DNA of 64,000 nucleotides. It comes from Myxococcota bacterium. GTDB lineage: Bacteria > Myxococcota_A > Polyangia > Polyangiales > Sandaracinaceae. A model generated the notes under the pieces. The model was not told the DNA's origin and made no database searches. It saw only the letters and a list, made by a program, of their open reading frames with translations. The position numbers and the translations under genes were made by a program. Position 1 is the first letter of the stretch; the number at the start of each line of letters is the position of its first letter. The stretch covers positions 1-64,000 of the forward strand of contig JAYZQJ010000009.1 of assembly GCA_036149055.1 (NCBI GenBank). Direction: 5' to 3'. Positions 39,184-49,209 of this stretch are shown here, one piece after another.

Positions 39184-42100
39184 CGCGCCACCTCCTCGAC
39201 CAGGCTCACCTCGGGCGTGTCTTCTTCGAGCGTGCGCGGGCCGAGCAGGCGATAGAGCGCCGGCAACAGGAAGAGGGCCACCGCGAGGGTCGACGCCATG
39301 CCTCCGACGATCACGAGCGCGAAGGGGCGCTGCGTCTCGCTGCCGACCCCCGTGCCGAGCGCCATCGGGATCAGCCCGAGCATCGCCAGGAGCGCGGTCA
39401 TCAGCACGGCCCGGAAGCGCTGCGTCGCCCCCTCGCGGATCGCGTCGAGGCGGTCGAGCCCACCGCGCCATCGCTGCTCGATGGCGGAGAGCACCAGCAG
39501 CCCCGCCAGCGACACCTGCCCCAGCAGCGCGATGAAGCCGATGGCGGCGCTGACCGACAGGGAGATGTCGGCGAGCGCGAGCGAGAAGACGCCGCCGGTC
39601 ATCGCGAACGGGGCGAGCGTCAGGATCACGCCCGCGCTCCGCAGCGAGCCGAGCGCGGAGTAGAGCAGGCCGAGCACGACCAGCAGGCAGAGCGGGACGA
39701 TCATCGAGAGGCGCGCCATCGCGCGCTGCTGGTTCTCGAACTCGCCCGACCACTCGAAGTAGTGGCCCTCCGGAGGCGTCACGCCGGCGTCGACCGCGGC
39801 CATCGCCTCGTCGATCACCGAGCCGATGTCACGCCCCTGCACGTTGAACTTCAGCGCCATCCAGCGGCTGTTCTGCTCGCGGTTGATCGAGGCGCGGCCG
39901 GTGCGGACCTCGATGCGCGCCAGGTCGCGGAGCGGCACCCGCGCGCCTCCCGGTCCGGGCACCAGCATCTCGCCGATCCGGTCGACGTCGCTGCGCTCGC
40001 TCGCCGGCGCCATGACCCGCACGGGGATCGGTCGCTCGCCCACCCAGACCTCGTTCACCACGAGCCCGGCCAGCGCCGTCTCGAGGGCCCGCTGCGCGTC
40101 CTCGACCCGGATGCCCTCGCGCGCGAGGGCGGCGCGGTCCAGCTCGACCTGCAGCTGCGGCATGGTGGTGTCCCGGTAGATGCCGAGGTCCACGACGCCG
40201 TCGATCCCGGAGAGCACGTCGACCGCCTGCGACAGGGCCGCGCGGGTGGCCTCGAGATCCTCGCCGAACATCTTGAGCACGACCTGCCCGCGCACGCCGC
40301 TGCCGGACTCCTCGACGTTGTCCTTGATGGGCTGGGAGAAGTTGAAGGTGAGGCCCGGGATGGCCGCGAGCGACGCGCGCATCTCGTCGACCAGCGACTC
40401 CTTCGTGACCCCCGGTCGCCACTCCTCGCGCGGCCGCAGCCTCACGATCGTCTCGCACATGTTGACCGCCTCGTTGTCGGTGCCGTCCTCGGGGCGACCC
40501 TGCTCGCTGAGCGTGACCATCACCTCGGGGAAGGTCAGCAGGCGCCGTCGGACCTCGGTCAGCAGATCGCGCCCCTCCTCCAGGGAGACGCTGTTCGGCA
40601 GCTCGATGAAGACGACCATGTCGCCCTCGTCGAGCTGCGGGAGGAACTCCGTGCCCAGGTGGCCGCCGACCCCGAGCCCCGCGAGCAGGAGCACCGCGCC
40701 GGCCGCGAGCGGCGCGAGGGGACGCGCGACGAGCCACCCGACGGCGCGCCGGTAGCGCTCGCGCATCCAGCGCACGGACGCCGGCTCCTTCAGCTCGGCG
40801 TCCTTGGCCCGGAGCGAGACCGCGAGCAGCGCCGGCACCACCGTGAAGGCGAAGACGAGCGCCGCGATGAGCGCGAACGAGTAGGTGACCGCGAGCGGCT
40901 GGAAGATCCGCCCCTCCACGCGCTCCAGGGAGAAGATCGGCACCAGCGCCGCGATGATGATGGCCATCGCGTAGAGCGTCGGCCGGGCCACGTCGACCGC
41001 CGCGCGGACGACGACGCCGAGGATCTGCCGCCGCGACTTCGGTCTCGAGACGTGCATCTCGTGCAGCACGTTCTCGACGAGCACCACCGCGCCGTCGACG
41101 AGGATGCCGAAGTCGATCGCGCCCATCGAGATGAGGTTCGCGGGCATGCCGATCAGGTGGAGCCCGATGAACGCGCTCAGGAGGGAGAGCGGGATGATGA
41201 CGGTGACGATCAGCGAGCCCCGCCACATCCGCAGGAACAGCCAGACCACCCCCAGCACCAGCAGGAACCCCTCGAGCAGGCTGCGGTGCACGGTGCCGAG
41301 CGTGTTGTCGACGAGCCGGCCCCGGTCGTAGACCACCTCCAGCTGCATGCCCTCGGGGAGCACGCGCTCCTCGAGCATGTCGAACTTCTGCCGCAGCTCC
41401 TCGAGCACCTCCGAGGGGTTCGCGCCGCGGCGCATGAGCACGACGAACTCGACGACCTCGCTCTGCTCGTTCAGCCCGACCGTGCCGCGCCGCGGGGTCG
41501 CCGACTGCACGATCTGGGCGACGTCGCCGACCACGACCGGGAGCCCGTCTTCGCGCCGGATCACGACCGCCGCCAGGTCCTCGGGATCGGTGGCCATGCC
41601 CACGCCGCGGATGCCGAGCTCCTGCTCGCCGGTGCGCATGAAGCCCCCGCCGACGTTGACGCTGGCCTGCTCGAGGGCCTCGGCGACCTCGGCGAGCGTG
41701 AGCCCGTGCGCTTCGAGCCGCGCCGGGTCGGCGCGCACGTGCCACTCCTCGAGGTAGCCGCCGAAGGGGTTCACGCCGGCGACGCCGGGGACCTGACGCA
41801 GGATGCGCGGCACCGTCCACTCCGCGGCCGCCCGCAGCTCGTAGAGATCGTGGCGGTCGCTCGAGATCCGCACGAAGAGGACCTCGCCGAGCGGCGTCGC
41901 GTCGGCGGCCAGCTCGATCGACGCCTGGTCCGGCACGTCGGCGATCGCGAGGCGCTCCTGGATCAGCATGCGCGACCGGAAGACGTCGGCGTCGTCTTCG
42001 AAGGTGATGAAGATGAGCGACAGCCCGAAGAGGCTCTCGCTCCGCATCGAGATCGCGCCGGGGACGCCGTTGAGCGCGCGCTCGAGCGGGACGGTGAGGC

Positions 42101-42290
42101 GGCGCTCGATCTCCTCGGGCGCGAGGCCGGGGATCTGCCCGATCACGTTGACCTGGAGGTTCGTGACGTCGGGGAACGCCTCGATCGGCGTCCGGAGATA
42201 CGCGTTGACGCCGTAGGCGGCGATCGCGGCGGTGATGACGATGGCGGCGAGGCGCCGCTCGACGCACAGACGGACGAGTCGGTGAAGCAT
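39180..42290 (-). CDS. CusA/CzcA-family heavy-metal RND efflux transporter
   Basis: PIEAFPDVT, GAIDFGILVDGAVVLVEN, GTEFLPQLDEG, R.VLMTA..A.LG..P, GSETQRP. Confidence 0.95.
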   Translation of the reverse strand: MLHRLVRLCVERRLAAIVITAAIAAYGVNAYLRTPIEAFPDVTNLQVNVIGQIPGLAPEEIERRLTVPLERALNGVPGAISMRSESLFGLSLIFITFEDDADVFRSRMLIQERLAIADVPDQASIELAADATPLGEVLFVRISSDRHDLYELRAAAEWTVPRILRQVPGVAGVNPFGGYLEEWHVRADPARLEAHGLTLAEVAEALEQASVNVGGGFMRTGEQELGIRGVGMATDPEDLAAVVIRREDGLPVVVGDVAQIVQSATPRRGTVGLNEQSEVVEFVVLMRRGANPSEVLEELRQKFDMLEERVLPEGMQLEVVYDRGRLVDNTLGTVHRSLLEGFLLVLGVVWLFLRMWRGSLIVTVIIPLSLLSAFIGLHLIGMPANLISMGAIDFGILVDGAVVLVENVLHEMHVSRPKSRRQILGVVVRAAVDVARPTLYAMAIIIAALVPIFSLERVEGRIFQPLAVTYSFALIAALVFAFTVVPALLAVSLRAKDAELKEPASVRWMRERYRRAVGWLVARPLAPLAAGAVLLLAGLGVGGHLGTEFLPQLDEGDMVVFIELPNSVSLEEGRDLLTEVRRRLLTFPEVMVTLSEQGRPEDGTDNEAVNMCETIVRLRPREEWRPGVTKESLVDEMRASLAAIPGLTFNFSQPIKDNVEESGSGVRGQVVLKMFGEDLEATRAALSQAVDVLSGIDGVVDLGIYRDTTMPQLQVELDRAALAREGIRVEDAQRALETALAGLVVNEVWVGERPIPVRVMAPASERSDVDRIGEMLVPGPGGARVPLRDLARIEVRTGRASINREQNSRWMALKFNVQGRDIGSVIDEAMAAVDAGVTPPEGHYFEWSGEFENQQRAMARLSMIVPLCLLVVLGLLYSALGSLRSAGVILTLAPFAMTGGVFSLALADISLSVSAAIGFIALLGQVSLAGLLVLSAIEQRWRGGLDRLDAIREGATQRFRAVLMTALLAMLGLIPMALGTGVGSETQRPFALVIVGGMASTLAVALFLLPALYRLLGPRTLEEDTPEVSLVEEVAR

Positions 42291-42305
42291 GACGTCCTCG
42301 GGGGA

Positions 42306-43433
42306 TCAGCGGAGGAGCTCGGCCTGGCCGTCGAGCAGGAGCGCGCCGCGGGTCACGAGCTGCTCACCGCGCTCGAGCCCCGAGAGCACGGGCACGCGTC
42401 CCCCCACCGCCGCGCCCACCTGGACCTCGCGGGCCTCGAAGGTGCGCGGGCCGCGCGCGACGAAGACCACGGTGCGGCCGCCGTCCTTGATGAGCACGCT
42501 CGACGTCGGGATGCCGAGGCCCGCCTCGCCGGCCTCGATCTCGGCGCGCGCGTACATCCCGGCGCGCAGCCGCCCGCCGAGCGCGTCGGTGAACGACAGG
42601 TAGACCGGCGCCCGGCGCGTCTCCGCGTCGACCGCGCCCCCGACCGCCTCGACGCGCGCCGTGACCGGCTCGCCGAGGGCGTGGATCGAGACGCGGGCCT
42701 CGGCGCCGACCTCGATCAGCGGCAGCTCCCGCTCGAACACCTGCGCCTGCACCCAGAGGGCGTCGGGCTCTCCGATCACCAGCAGCGGCTCTCCCCCCGA
42801 GTCCACCGCCGCGCCGAGGCTCGCGCGCCGCACCAGCACGGTCCCCGAGATCGGGCTGCGCACCGTGACCGACGCCGCCGCGCCGCGGCCGATCGACCCG
42901 CTGGTGGCGGTGAGCGCCGACAGCATCGCGCGCGCCTCGGCGAGGCTCGCCTCCGCCCGCACGCGATCGCTCTCGATCCCCACGCCCCGCGCGGCGAGCT
43001 GCTCTTGTCGCGCCAGCTCGGTCTCCGCCGCCCGACGCATCACCCGGGCCCGCGCCAGATCACCGCGGAGCTGCGCGGCCGAGGGGCTGGCGATGGTGAC
43101 GAGCGGGTCGCCCTCCGCCACCCGCTGCCCGACCTGCGCGTGCACCGCGGTGACGCGCCCGTCGACCGGCGCGCCGACCTCGGACACGGCGCCCTCGCGG
43201 AAGGCGACCAGCCCGGGCGCGTGGATGAGGGTGTCGACCGCGTCGGCGCCGACCTCCTCCACCACCACGAAGGGCATCGACTCCGCGAGGATGCGGAGCG
43301 CGCCGCCGTCCACCGCGGTCGCGGTCTGGGGGCGGAAGTCGGGGGCCTGCGCCTCGGCGCCATCACCGCAGCCGGCGGCCGCGATCCCGAGCGTCGCGAC
43401 GAGGGCCGCATGGTGAGTCAGTGAGAAGCTCAT
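42306..43433 (-). CDS. RND periplasmic adaptor (CzcB-like membrane fusion protein)
   Basis: Lipobox AAGC, GQ.V..GDPL, VRSPISG, LRAGM, GL..GE.LV..GA. Confidence 0.9.
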   Translation of the reverse strand: MSFSLTHHAALVATLGIAAAGCGDGAEAQAPDFRPQTATAVDGGALRILAESMPFVVVEEVGADAVDTLIHAPGLVAFREGAVSEVGAPVDGRVTAVHAQVGQRVAEGDPLVTIASPSAAQLRGDLARARVMRRAAETELARQEQLAARGVGIESDRVRAEASLAEARAMLSALTATSGSIGRGAAASVTVRSPISGTVLVRRASLGAAVDSGGEPLLVIGEPDALWVQAQVFERELPLIEVGAEARVSIHALGEPVTARVEAVGGAVDAETRRAPVYLSFTDALGGRLRAGMYARAEIEAGEAGLGIPTSSVLIKDGGRTVVFVARGPRTFEAREVQVGAAVGGRVPVLSGLERGEQLVTRGALLLDGQAELLR

Positions 43434-43446
43434 GCGGCCGGCGCAG

Positions 43447-43462
43447 TGCAGCCGTCGTGCCG
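43447..43462 (-). promoter_or_regulatory. Sigma54 promoter of the efflux operon
   Basis: Reverse strand CGGCACGACGGCTGCA (GG-N10-GC). Confidence 0.7.
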
Positions 43463-43523
43463 ACGCATGGTTCGTGCGAGGGGAGGCCCTCATGGCCCCG
43501 ATTTCCCCAAGTCGCCGGGCGAA

Positions 43524-43542
43524 GCGTTGCGAGATACAACGC
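43524..43542. promoter_or_regulatory. Palindromic putative enhancer
   Basis: GCGTTG-CGAGATA-CAACGC about 60 bp upstream of the sigma54 promoter. Confidence 0.5.
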
Positions 43543-43551
43543 TCGCGTTGG

Positions 43552-45036
43552 ATGTTGCGACGACTCTCGCTGTCCTCTCGGCTCACGCTCGCCCTCTCGG
43601 CCAGCGCTCTCCTCCTGCTCGGCGGGGGCGGGTTCTGGCAGGTGTCGGCCGAGGAGAGCGATCTGCGGCGCGCGGTCGAGCGCGAGCTGCGGCTGCTCGG
43701 ACGGAGCCTCCAGGTCGCCTTCGAGAACGCGCTGCGAGATCGTCAGCCCGAGGACGTCGAGGAGACGCTGCGGGAGCTCGAGCGCATCGACCCCGCGGTC
43801 GACATCTTCGTCTACGAGCGGAACGGTCGCCTGCTCGCCGCCTCCACCGGCGCGGTGGAGCCTCCCGGCGGTGACGCCCCCGCGCCGCGCTCGGAGGTCC
43901 GCTTCCGCACTGAGCTCGAGCGCCCGGTGGTCGAGCTCCGGCTCCCGCTCCGCATCGTCGCCGGCCAGCCTCCGGCGACCCTCGTCCTCACCCAGCCGCT
44001 GCGCGGCATGAACGCCGACCTCGCCGCGACCCGGGAGCGCGTGATCCTGTCGACCGGCGCGTTCGTCCTCGTGGTGCTGCTCGTGACGCTCGCCGCGTCG
44101 CGCTACTGGGTGAGCCGACCGCTCGGTCGCATGGTCGAGCGGATGCGGCGGGTGCGCGCCGGAGATCTCTCGCCGCCGGCGCGGGGCGCGCGTCCCGCCG
44201 GCGACGAGGTCGGGGCGACGCTCGACGAGTTCGACGCCCTGGTGCGCGACCTCGCGGAGACCCGGACCCGGCTCGAGGCCCAGGAGGAGCGCCGGCGTCA
44301 GCTCGAGCTCGCCCTCCGCGAGGTCGACAAGCTCGCGACGGTGGGGCAGCTCGCGGCCGGGCTCGCCCACGAGGTCGGCTCGCCGCTCCAGATCCTCGAC
44401 GGGCGGATCGCGGGGCTCGCGGCCAAGGCCGACGACCCCGCCGAGACCCGCCGGCTCGCGCGCATCCTGGGCGAGCAGACCCAGCGGATCACGCGCATCG
44501 TCTCGCGGCTCACCGACCTGGCGCGGCGGCGCGTCGCCCCGGCCCGCTGGGTGGAGGTGGCGCCGCCGGTCGGCACCGTGGTCGAGCTGCTCGGCGGCGA
44601 GGCGCGGCGGCGCGGGGTCGAGCTGACCCTCGAGGTCCCGGGCCCCGTCCCGCGCGTGCACGGCGACCCGGACTCGCTCCAGCAGGTGGCCCTGAACCTC
44701 TTGCGGAACGCGCTCGAGGCCACCCCGTCGGGCGGCCGCATCACCGTCCGGATCGAGCGCGGCGAGCTCGAGCGCGCCGGCGGCGGGACCGCGCCCTCGG
44801 CGCGGATCGAGGTGCGCGACACCGGCCGGGGCATGGACGCCGAGGCGCTCGAGCGCGCCTTCGAGGCGTTCTTCACGACCCGCGCCCCCGAGGGCTCGGG
44901 GCTCGGGCTCGCGGTGGTGAAGGGGATCGTCGACGACCACGGCGGGCGCATCCGCGCGGAGTCGGAGCTCGGGCGCGGCACTCGCTTCGTCGTCGATCTG
45001 CCCGGTGAAGAGGGAGGCCGAAGTGACACGGCGTAG
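43552..45036 (+). CDS. HAMP-domain sensor histidine kinase
   Basis: Two TMs, HAMP, LAHEVGSPL, NLLRNA, DTGRG, GSGLGL. Confidence 0.93.
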   Translation: MLRRLSLSSRLTLALSASALLLLGGGGFWQVSAEESDLRRAVERELRLLGRSLQVAFENALRDRQPEDVEETLRELERIDPAVDIFVYERNGRLLAASTGAVEPPGGDAPAPRSEVRFRTELERPVVELRLPLRIVAGQPPATLVLTQPLRGMNADLAATRERVILSTGAFVLVVLLVTLAASRYWVSRPLGRMVERMRRVRAGDLSPPARGARPAGDEVGATLDEFDALVRDLAETRTRLEAQEERRRQLELALREVDKLATVGQLAAGLAHEVGSPLQILDGRIAGLAAKADDPAETRRLARILGEQTQRITRIVSRLTDLARRRVAPARWVEVAPPVGTVVELLGGEARRRGVELTLEVPGPVPRVHGDPDSLQQVALNLLRNALEATPSGGRITVRIERGELERAGGGTAPSARIEVRDTGRGMDAEALERAFEAFFTTRAPEGSGLGLAVVKGIVDDHGGRIRAESELGRGTRFVVDLPGEEGGRSDTA

Positions 45037-46381
45037 GTCGCTGCTCGTCGTCGACGACGACCCGGGCGTGGTCGAGTGGCTGGTCGAGGCGCTGGGCGAG
45101 CGCGAGTTCGACGTGGAGGGCGTCACCGATCCCCGGCGGGCCCTGGAGCGCGTCGGCGAGCGGGCGTTCGACCTCGTGGTCTCGGACGTCGAGATGCCGG
45201 CGATGCGCGGCCTGGAGCTGGTCGAGGCGATCCACGCGCGCCGCGCGGAGCAGCTCGTGGTCCTCATCACCGCGTTCGGCTCGATCGAGCTCGCGATGAA
45301 GTGCGTGCGGGCCGGCGCCTCGGACTTCCTCGCCAAGCCGTTCACCATCGACGCGCTGGTGCACGCCATCGAGCGGACGCTGCGCGAGCGGCGCATGAAG
45401 CGGGAGATCGTCCGGCTGCGGAGCACGCGGGCCTCCGGCGCGGGCGCCGGCGACCTGGTGGCCGAGAGCGCGGCGATGAAGGCGGCGCTCGACCTCGCGC
45501 GCCGGGCCGCCCGGGCCTCGTCCCCGGTGCTGCTCAGCGGCGAGACCGGGGTCGGCAAGAGCGCCCTCGCGCGCTTCATCCACGCGCGCAGCGAGCGCGC
45601 CTCACGCGACCTCGTCCAGCTCAACTGCGCGGCGCTGCCGGCGGGGCTGGTCGAGGCCGAGCTCTTCGGCGTGCGCAAGGGCGCGTTCACGGACGCGCGC
45701 CACGACCGGCCCGGCCTCTTCGCGCTGGCGGACGGCGGCACGCTCTTCCTGGACGAGGTCGGGGAGATGGCGCTCGAGGTCCAGCCGAAGCTGCTCCTCG
45801 CGCTCGACCGCAGCGCCTTCCGTCCGGTCGGCGGCGGTGACGAGGTCCGCTTCGACGTCCGCCTCGTCGCGGCGACCAACCGCCCGCCCGAGGAGGCCGT
45901 GCGCGAGGGCCGCCTGCGCGCCGACCTCTACCACCGGCTCAACGTGATCCAGATCGACGTCCCGCCGCTGCGCGAGCGGCTCGCGGACATCCCGCCGCTC
46001 GTCGACCAGATCCTGCACGCCCTCGGCGAGCGCGCCGGGAGGACGGTGCTCGGGGTCAGCGACGAGGCGATGCGCTGGCTCTGCGGCCGGGCGTGGCCGG
46101 GCAACGTGCGCGAGCTCGCCAACGTGATCGAGCGCGCGGTGATGCTCAGCGACCACGACGTGCTCGTGATCGAAGACTTCCTGCGCGGCGGCCGCCCCAC
46201 CGACCCCGACGCCGGCTTCCTCGAGCGCGCCGCCGAACAAGGCATCGAGCTGTCCGAGCTCGAGCGCCGCTACATCGAGCTCGTGCTTTACCGCTGCGGA
46301 GGCAACAAAGCCAAAGCCTCCCGCGTCCTCGGCATCGACCGCAGCACCCTGTGGCGCAAGCTCTCGACCCCTCGGAGCTGA
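45023..46381 (+). CDS. Sigma54-dependent response regulator
   Basis: Receiver, GETGVGKS, GAFTDA, FLDEVGE, WPGNVREL, Fis HTH. Confidence 0.95.
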   Translation: MTRRRSLLVVDDDPGVVEWLVEALGEREFDVEGVTDPRRALERVGERAFDLVVSDVEMPAMRGLELVEAIHARRAEQLVVLITAFGSIELAMKCVRAGASDFLAKPFTIDALVHAIERTLRERRMKREIVRLRSTRASGAGAGDLVAESAAMKAALDLARRAARASSPVLLSGETGVGKSALARFIHARSERASRDLVQLNCAALPAGLVEAELFGVRKGAFTDARHDRPGLFALADGGTLFLDEVGEMALEVQPKLLLALDRSAFRPVGGGDEVRFDVRLVAATNRPPEEAVREGRLRADLYHRLNVIQIDVPPLRERLADIPPLVDQILHALGERAGRTVLGVSDEAMRWLCGRAWPGNVRELANVIERAVMLSDHDVLVIEDFLRGGRPTDPDAGFLERAAEQGIELSELERRYIELVLYRCGGNKAKASRVLGIDRSTLWRKLSTPRS

Positions 46382-46388
46382 CCTCGCT

Positions 46389-46418
46389 CGCGGAGGGGGG
46401 GACCGCGGAGGGGGGGAC
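46389..46418 (+). repeat. Perfect 15-bp tandem duplication at the left end of site copy 4
   Basis: CGCGGAGGGGGGGAC twice (46389-46403, 46404-46418). Confidence 0.9.
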
Positions 46419-46456
46419 GGAGTGAACTTGTGAACTTGCGTAGTTCGAATGACTAC
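46410..46456 (+). repeat. Dispersed ~46-bp site, copy 4
   Basis: GGGGGGGACGGAGTGAACTTGTGAACTTGCGTAGTTCGAATGACTAC. Confidence 0.95.
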
Positions 46457-46519
46457 AGGCGCAGCTCTCATCGACTCGTTTGACGCTCCTCGCCGCGGTG
46501 TGGAAGTTTCCGTGTCCTC

Positions 46520-47335
46520 ATGAAGACGCAGTACTCCTTCGCCCTCGTCCTGCTCACCCTCGCGGCCGCCGTCGGCTGCGGAGACGACCCCGGCCCGGCC
46601 GACGCGTGCGTCGCCGCCTGCGAGCCCGACAGTGGCCCGGCCGACAGTGGCCCGGCCGACAGTGGCCTGACCGACAGCGGCGTGGACAGCGGCGTGATGG
46701 AGCTGTGCGAGGGCGACGACGCGACCGGTGACACCGACGCCGACGGCGTGTGCGACGACCTCGACGCCTGCACGGGCGATGACGCCACCGGGGACGCGGA
46801 CGAAGACGGCGTGTGCGACGACATGGACGCGTGCGCGGGCGACGACGCGACGGGCGACGCGGACGTCGACGGCGTGTGCGACGACATGGACGCGTGCACG
46901 GGCGACGACGCGACGGGCGACGCGGACGAAGACGGCGTGTGCGACGACGTCGACGCTTGCCCGGGCCAGGACGACGCGATCCTGAGCGCGCCCGTCCTGC
47001 CGCCCTTCGACCTCGACGTGGTCGCGGTCTCGCTCGACCCCGGGGCGGCCGGCGACAACACCGTGCGCGCCTCCCTCAGCAACGGCGGCGCCAATTCCCT
47101 CGACGGCACGGCGGTGACCCTCCAGTACTCCGCCGACGGCGGCAGCACCTGGCCGGTGACCCAGACGTTCGTCCCCAGCGGTCTCGGCGCGACCTGCGAC
47201 ACCGAAGAGGTCGCCTTCACCGCGCCGCTCGCCGCCGGCTCGGGAACCGTCGAGCTCTGCGTTCGCGTCAACCCGCAGGTCGCCGGGGACCCCGACGCGG
47301 CCGATCAGCGCTGCGCGACGATCACGATCCCGTAG
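46520..47335 (+). CDS. Lipoprotein with thrombospondin type-3-like Asp-rich (Ca-binding) repeats
   Basis: Lipobox AVGC; 20-aa unit C.GDDATGD.D.DGVCDD.DA four times; 15-bp PADSG repeats. Confidence 0.8.
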   Translation: MKTQYSFALVLLTLAAAVGCGDDPGPADACVAACEPDSGPADSGPADSGLTDSGVDSGVMELCEGDDATGDTDADGVCDDLDACTGDDATGDADEDGVCDDMDACAGDDATGDADVDGVCDDMDACTGDDATGDADEDGVCDDVDACPGQDDAILSAPVLPPFDLDVVAVSLDPGAAGDNTVRASLSNGGANSLDGTAVTLQYSADGGSTWPVTQTFVPSGLGATCDTEEVAFTAPLAAGSGTVELCVRVNPQVAGDPDAADQRCATITIP

Positions 47336-47339
47336 CGCA

Positions 47340-47858
47340 GTGGAAGCGACCCGACGGAGACCGGCCCGGCAAAGCGTGCCGGCGCAGGCCGATGTCTCAT
47401 GGGCAGAGTCTCGTCTGGGCTTCAGCCTTCCGGACGCCTACGTCGAGTATGCATCGACGTGGGGCCGTGCCGTTCTCTCGGACCTGATCTACGTCTTCGT
47501 GCCGACCAGAGCCGTTCCGGACAACATCGTCGTCGGGCAGAGTCAGCGCCAGGCGACGCTGTCAGACATCGACGCTGGGCTCGCGGAGCTGGAGCCGGAT
47601 GGGAGTGTCGAACTGGTAGAGCGCTTCGTCATGTTCGGCATCTCATTCAATGGTCATAGATTCGCCTGGGATGGGGCTAGCCAGGCGGACGATCCCGTCG
47701 TCTATGTGGTGGGAGAGAACGCTCTCGGTGTCCGCAGTGTCGGCGTCGGATTCTCGGGCTTCGTGAATGGCGTGTGTACGCAAGCCTCCAGGCAGCTGCT
47801 TGGTCCGGGCTATGGACCGCTGCATCCACAGCTGAAGCCCTTGCCCATGCGCGAATAG
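47340..47858 (+). CDS. SMI1/KNR4 (SUKH) immunity-like protein, AT-richer
   Basis: AESRLGFSLPDAYVEY...WG; FG.S.NG..F.WD; VYV; start uncertain. Confidence 0.7.
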   Translation: MEATRRRPARQSVPAQADVSWAESRLGFSLPDAYVEYASTWGRAVLSDLIYVFVPTRAVPDNIVVGQSQRQATLSDIDAGLAELEPDGSVELVERFVMFGISFNGHRFAWDGASQADDPVVYVVGENALGVRSVGVGFSGFVNGVCTQASRQLLGPGYGPLHPQLKPLPMRE

Positions 47859-47932
47859 GCCCACCGTTCGCGCCGGCCCGGTGGCTCGAGGCCGCCGGGC
47901 ATGAGACGCTCGCCACCGGCGAGCGTCATGCG

Positions 47933-49192
47933 ATGTTGACCATTCTGCATCTCGGTTGGGCCGACGTGGACCCCGCGACGAACCCCTACGACCCGGAGCG
48001 CATCGCGGCGGTCGTCGACTCCGCGCTCCCCGCCACCGCCGTCCAGCCGCCGAAGCGGGACGAGAAGCGCAAGCGCCTCCAGGATGACGTCGGCCGCTCC
48101 CTCCTTGCCTCCGAGGCTCCCTGGATCTCCGGGTGGCAGTGGTCGGTCGGCGGGGGCGGCATCGCCGACGGATACTGTTGTCCGGGGCACAGCCTGCGCG
48201 GCAGCCCGGAGGAGATGCGCGGCCTGATCCTCGGTGGCGTCTCCAGCCTTCGGAGCCGGCTCGAGGAGCTCGCGCGCCGGTTCGAGCAGTGGGACGACGA
48301 GGTGGAGGGCCTCGACGAGGGCGCCGCCGCGCGCCGGATCGCGCCCCGCCTCCTCCCGCTTGCGGTCGAGTGGACCCGCGAGGAGGACGCCTGGTACAGG
48401 AGCTTCGAGCGCATGCTCGCGTGGGCGCTCGAGCGCCGCGGGATCGCGCCGCCGGTGGCCGAGGTGCTGGTGCGCGAGGCGATCGGCGGCCGCTTCGAGA
48501 GCTGGAGCGGGCCGGCCGACGTCACCGCGCGCGCCGTGTTCGACGACCTCGCCACGCTGACGCGCGAACGCCGCGAGCGCCCGCCGGTCGACGCGCTCGC
48601 CGCCTGGCTCTCCGCGCGGGGCCACGTCCGCTGGGACCGAGCGCGGCACTACGACCCGGACCCGGTCCGGCGCGACGGCCACCGCCGGTTCATCGAGGAG
48701 ACGGATCGCGCACGGGACCCCGCGCGCGCGGATGACCTCCTGGCGGCGCTCTCCGCGGCGCGCGCCGACGCCCGCGCCGGACGCCCGCTCACCCTCGAGC
48801 GCCTGACCCGGTGGCAGAGCCTCGTGCTCGGCGAGCCGGTCGCCTTCCGCACCGAGGTCGCCTTCGCCCACGGCGGCGCCGAGCGCTACGGCCTCGAGCC
48901 CGACACCGAGCCCCGCTTCGCCGCCTGCCTCGAGCAGGCCAACGGCGCCGACGCGACCCCGACCGCGCGCGCTGCGCGCGCCTACCTCGACGTCTGCTTC
49001 TTCCACCCCTTCCCCGATGGCAACGCCCGCGCCGCCCGCCTCGCCCTCGACTACGTGCTGACCCGCGCCGGCCTCGCGCTGCACGCCGCCGCCCCCGTCT
49101 TCGTCGTCGCCCGTCGCGCCGACGACCACCTCGGCCCCTACGGCTTCATGCTCACCATCGACTACCTGAGCGGCCCGATCGGCTGGCGCTGA
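47933..49192 (+). CDS. Fic-domain protein
   Basis: FFHPFPDGNARAAR Fic motif near the C-terminus. Confidence 0.85.
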   Translation: MLTILHLGWADVDPATNPYDPERIAAVVDSALPATAVQPPKRDEKRKRLQDDVGRSLLASEAPWISGWQWSVGGGGIADGYCCPGHSLRGSPEEMRGLILGGVSSLRSRLEELARRFEQWDDEVEGLDEGAAARRIAPRLLPLAVEWTREEDAWYRSFERMLAWALERRGIAPPVAEVLVREAIGGRFESWSGPADVTARAVFDDLATLTRERRERPPVDALAAWLSARGHVRWDRARHYDPDPVRRDGHRRFIEETDRARDPARADDLLAALSAARADARAGRPLTLERLTRWQSLVLGEPVAFRTEVAFAHGGAERYGLEPDTEPRFAACLEQANGADATPTARAARAYLDVCFFHPFPDGNARAARLALDYVLTRAGLALHAAAPVFVVARRADDHLGPYGFMLTIDYLSGPIGWR

Positions 49193-49209
49193 CGAGCCCC
49201 GCGTCGTCG

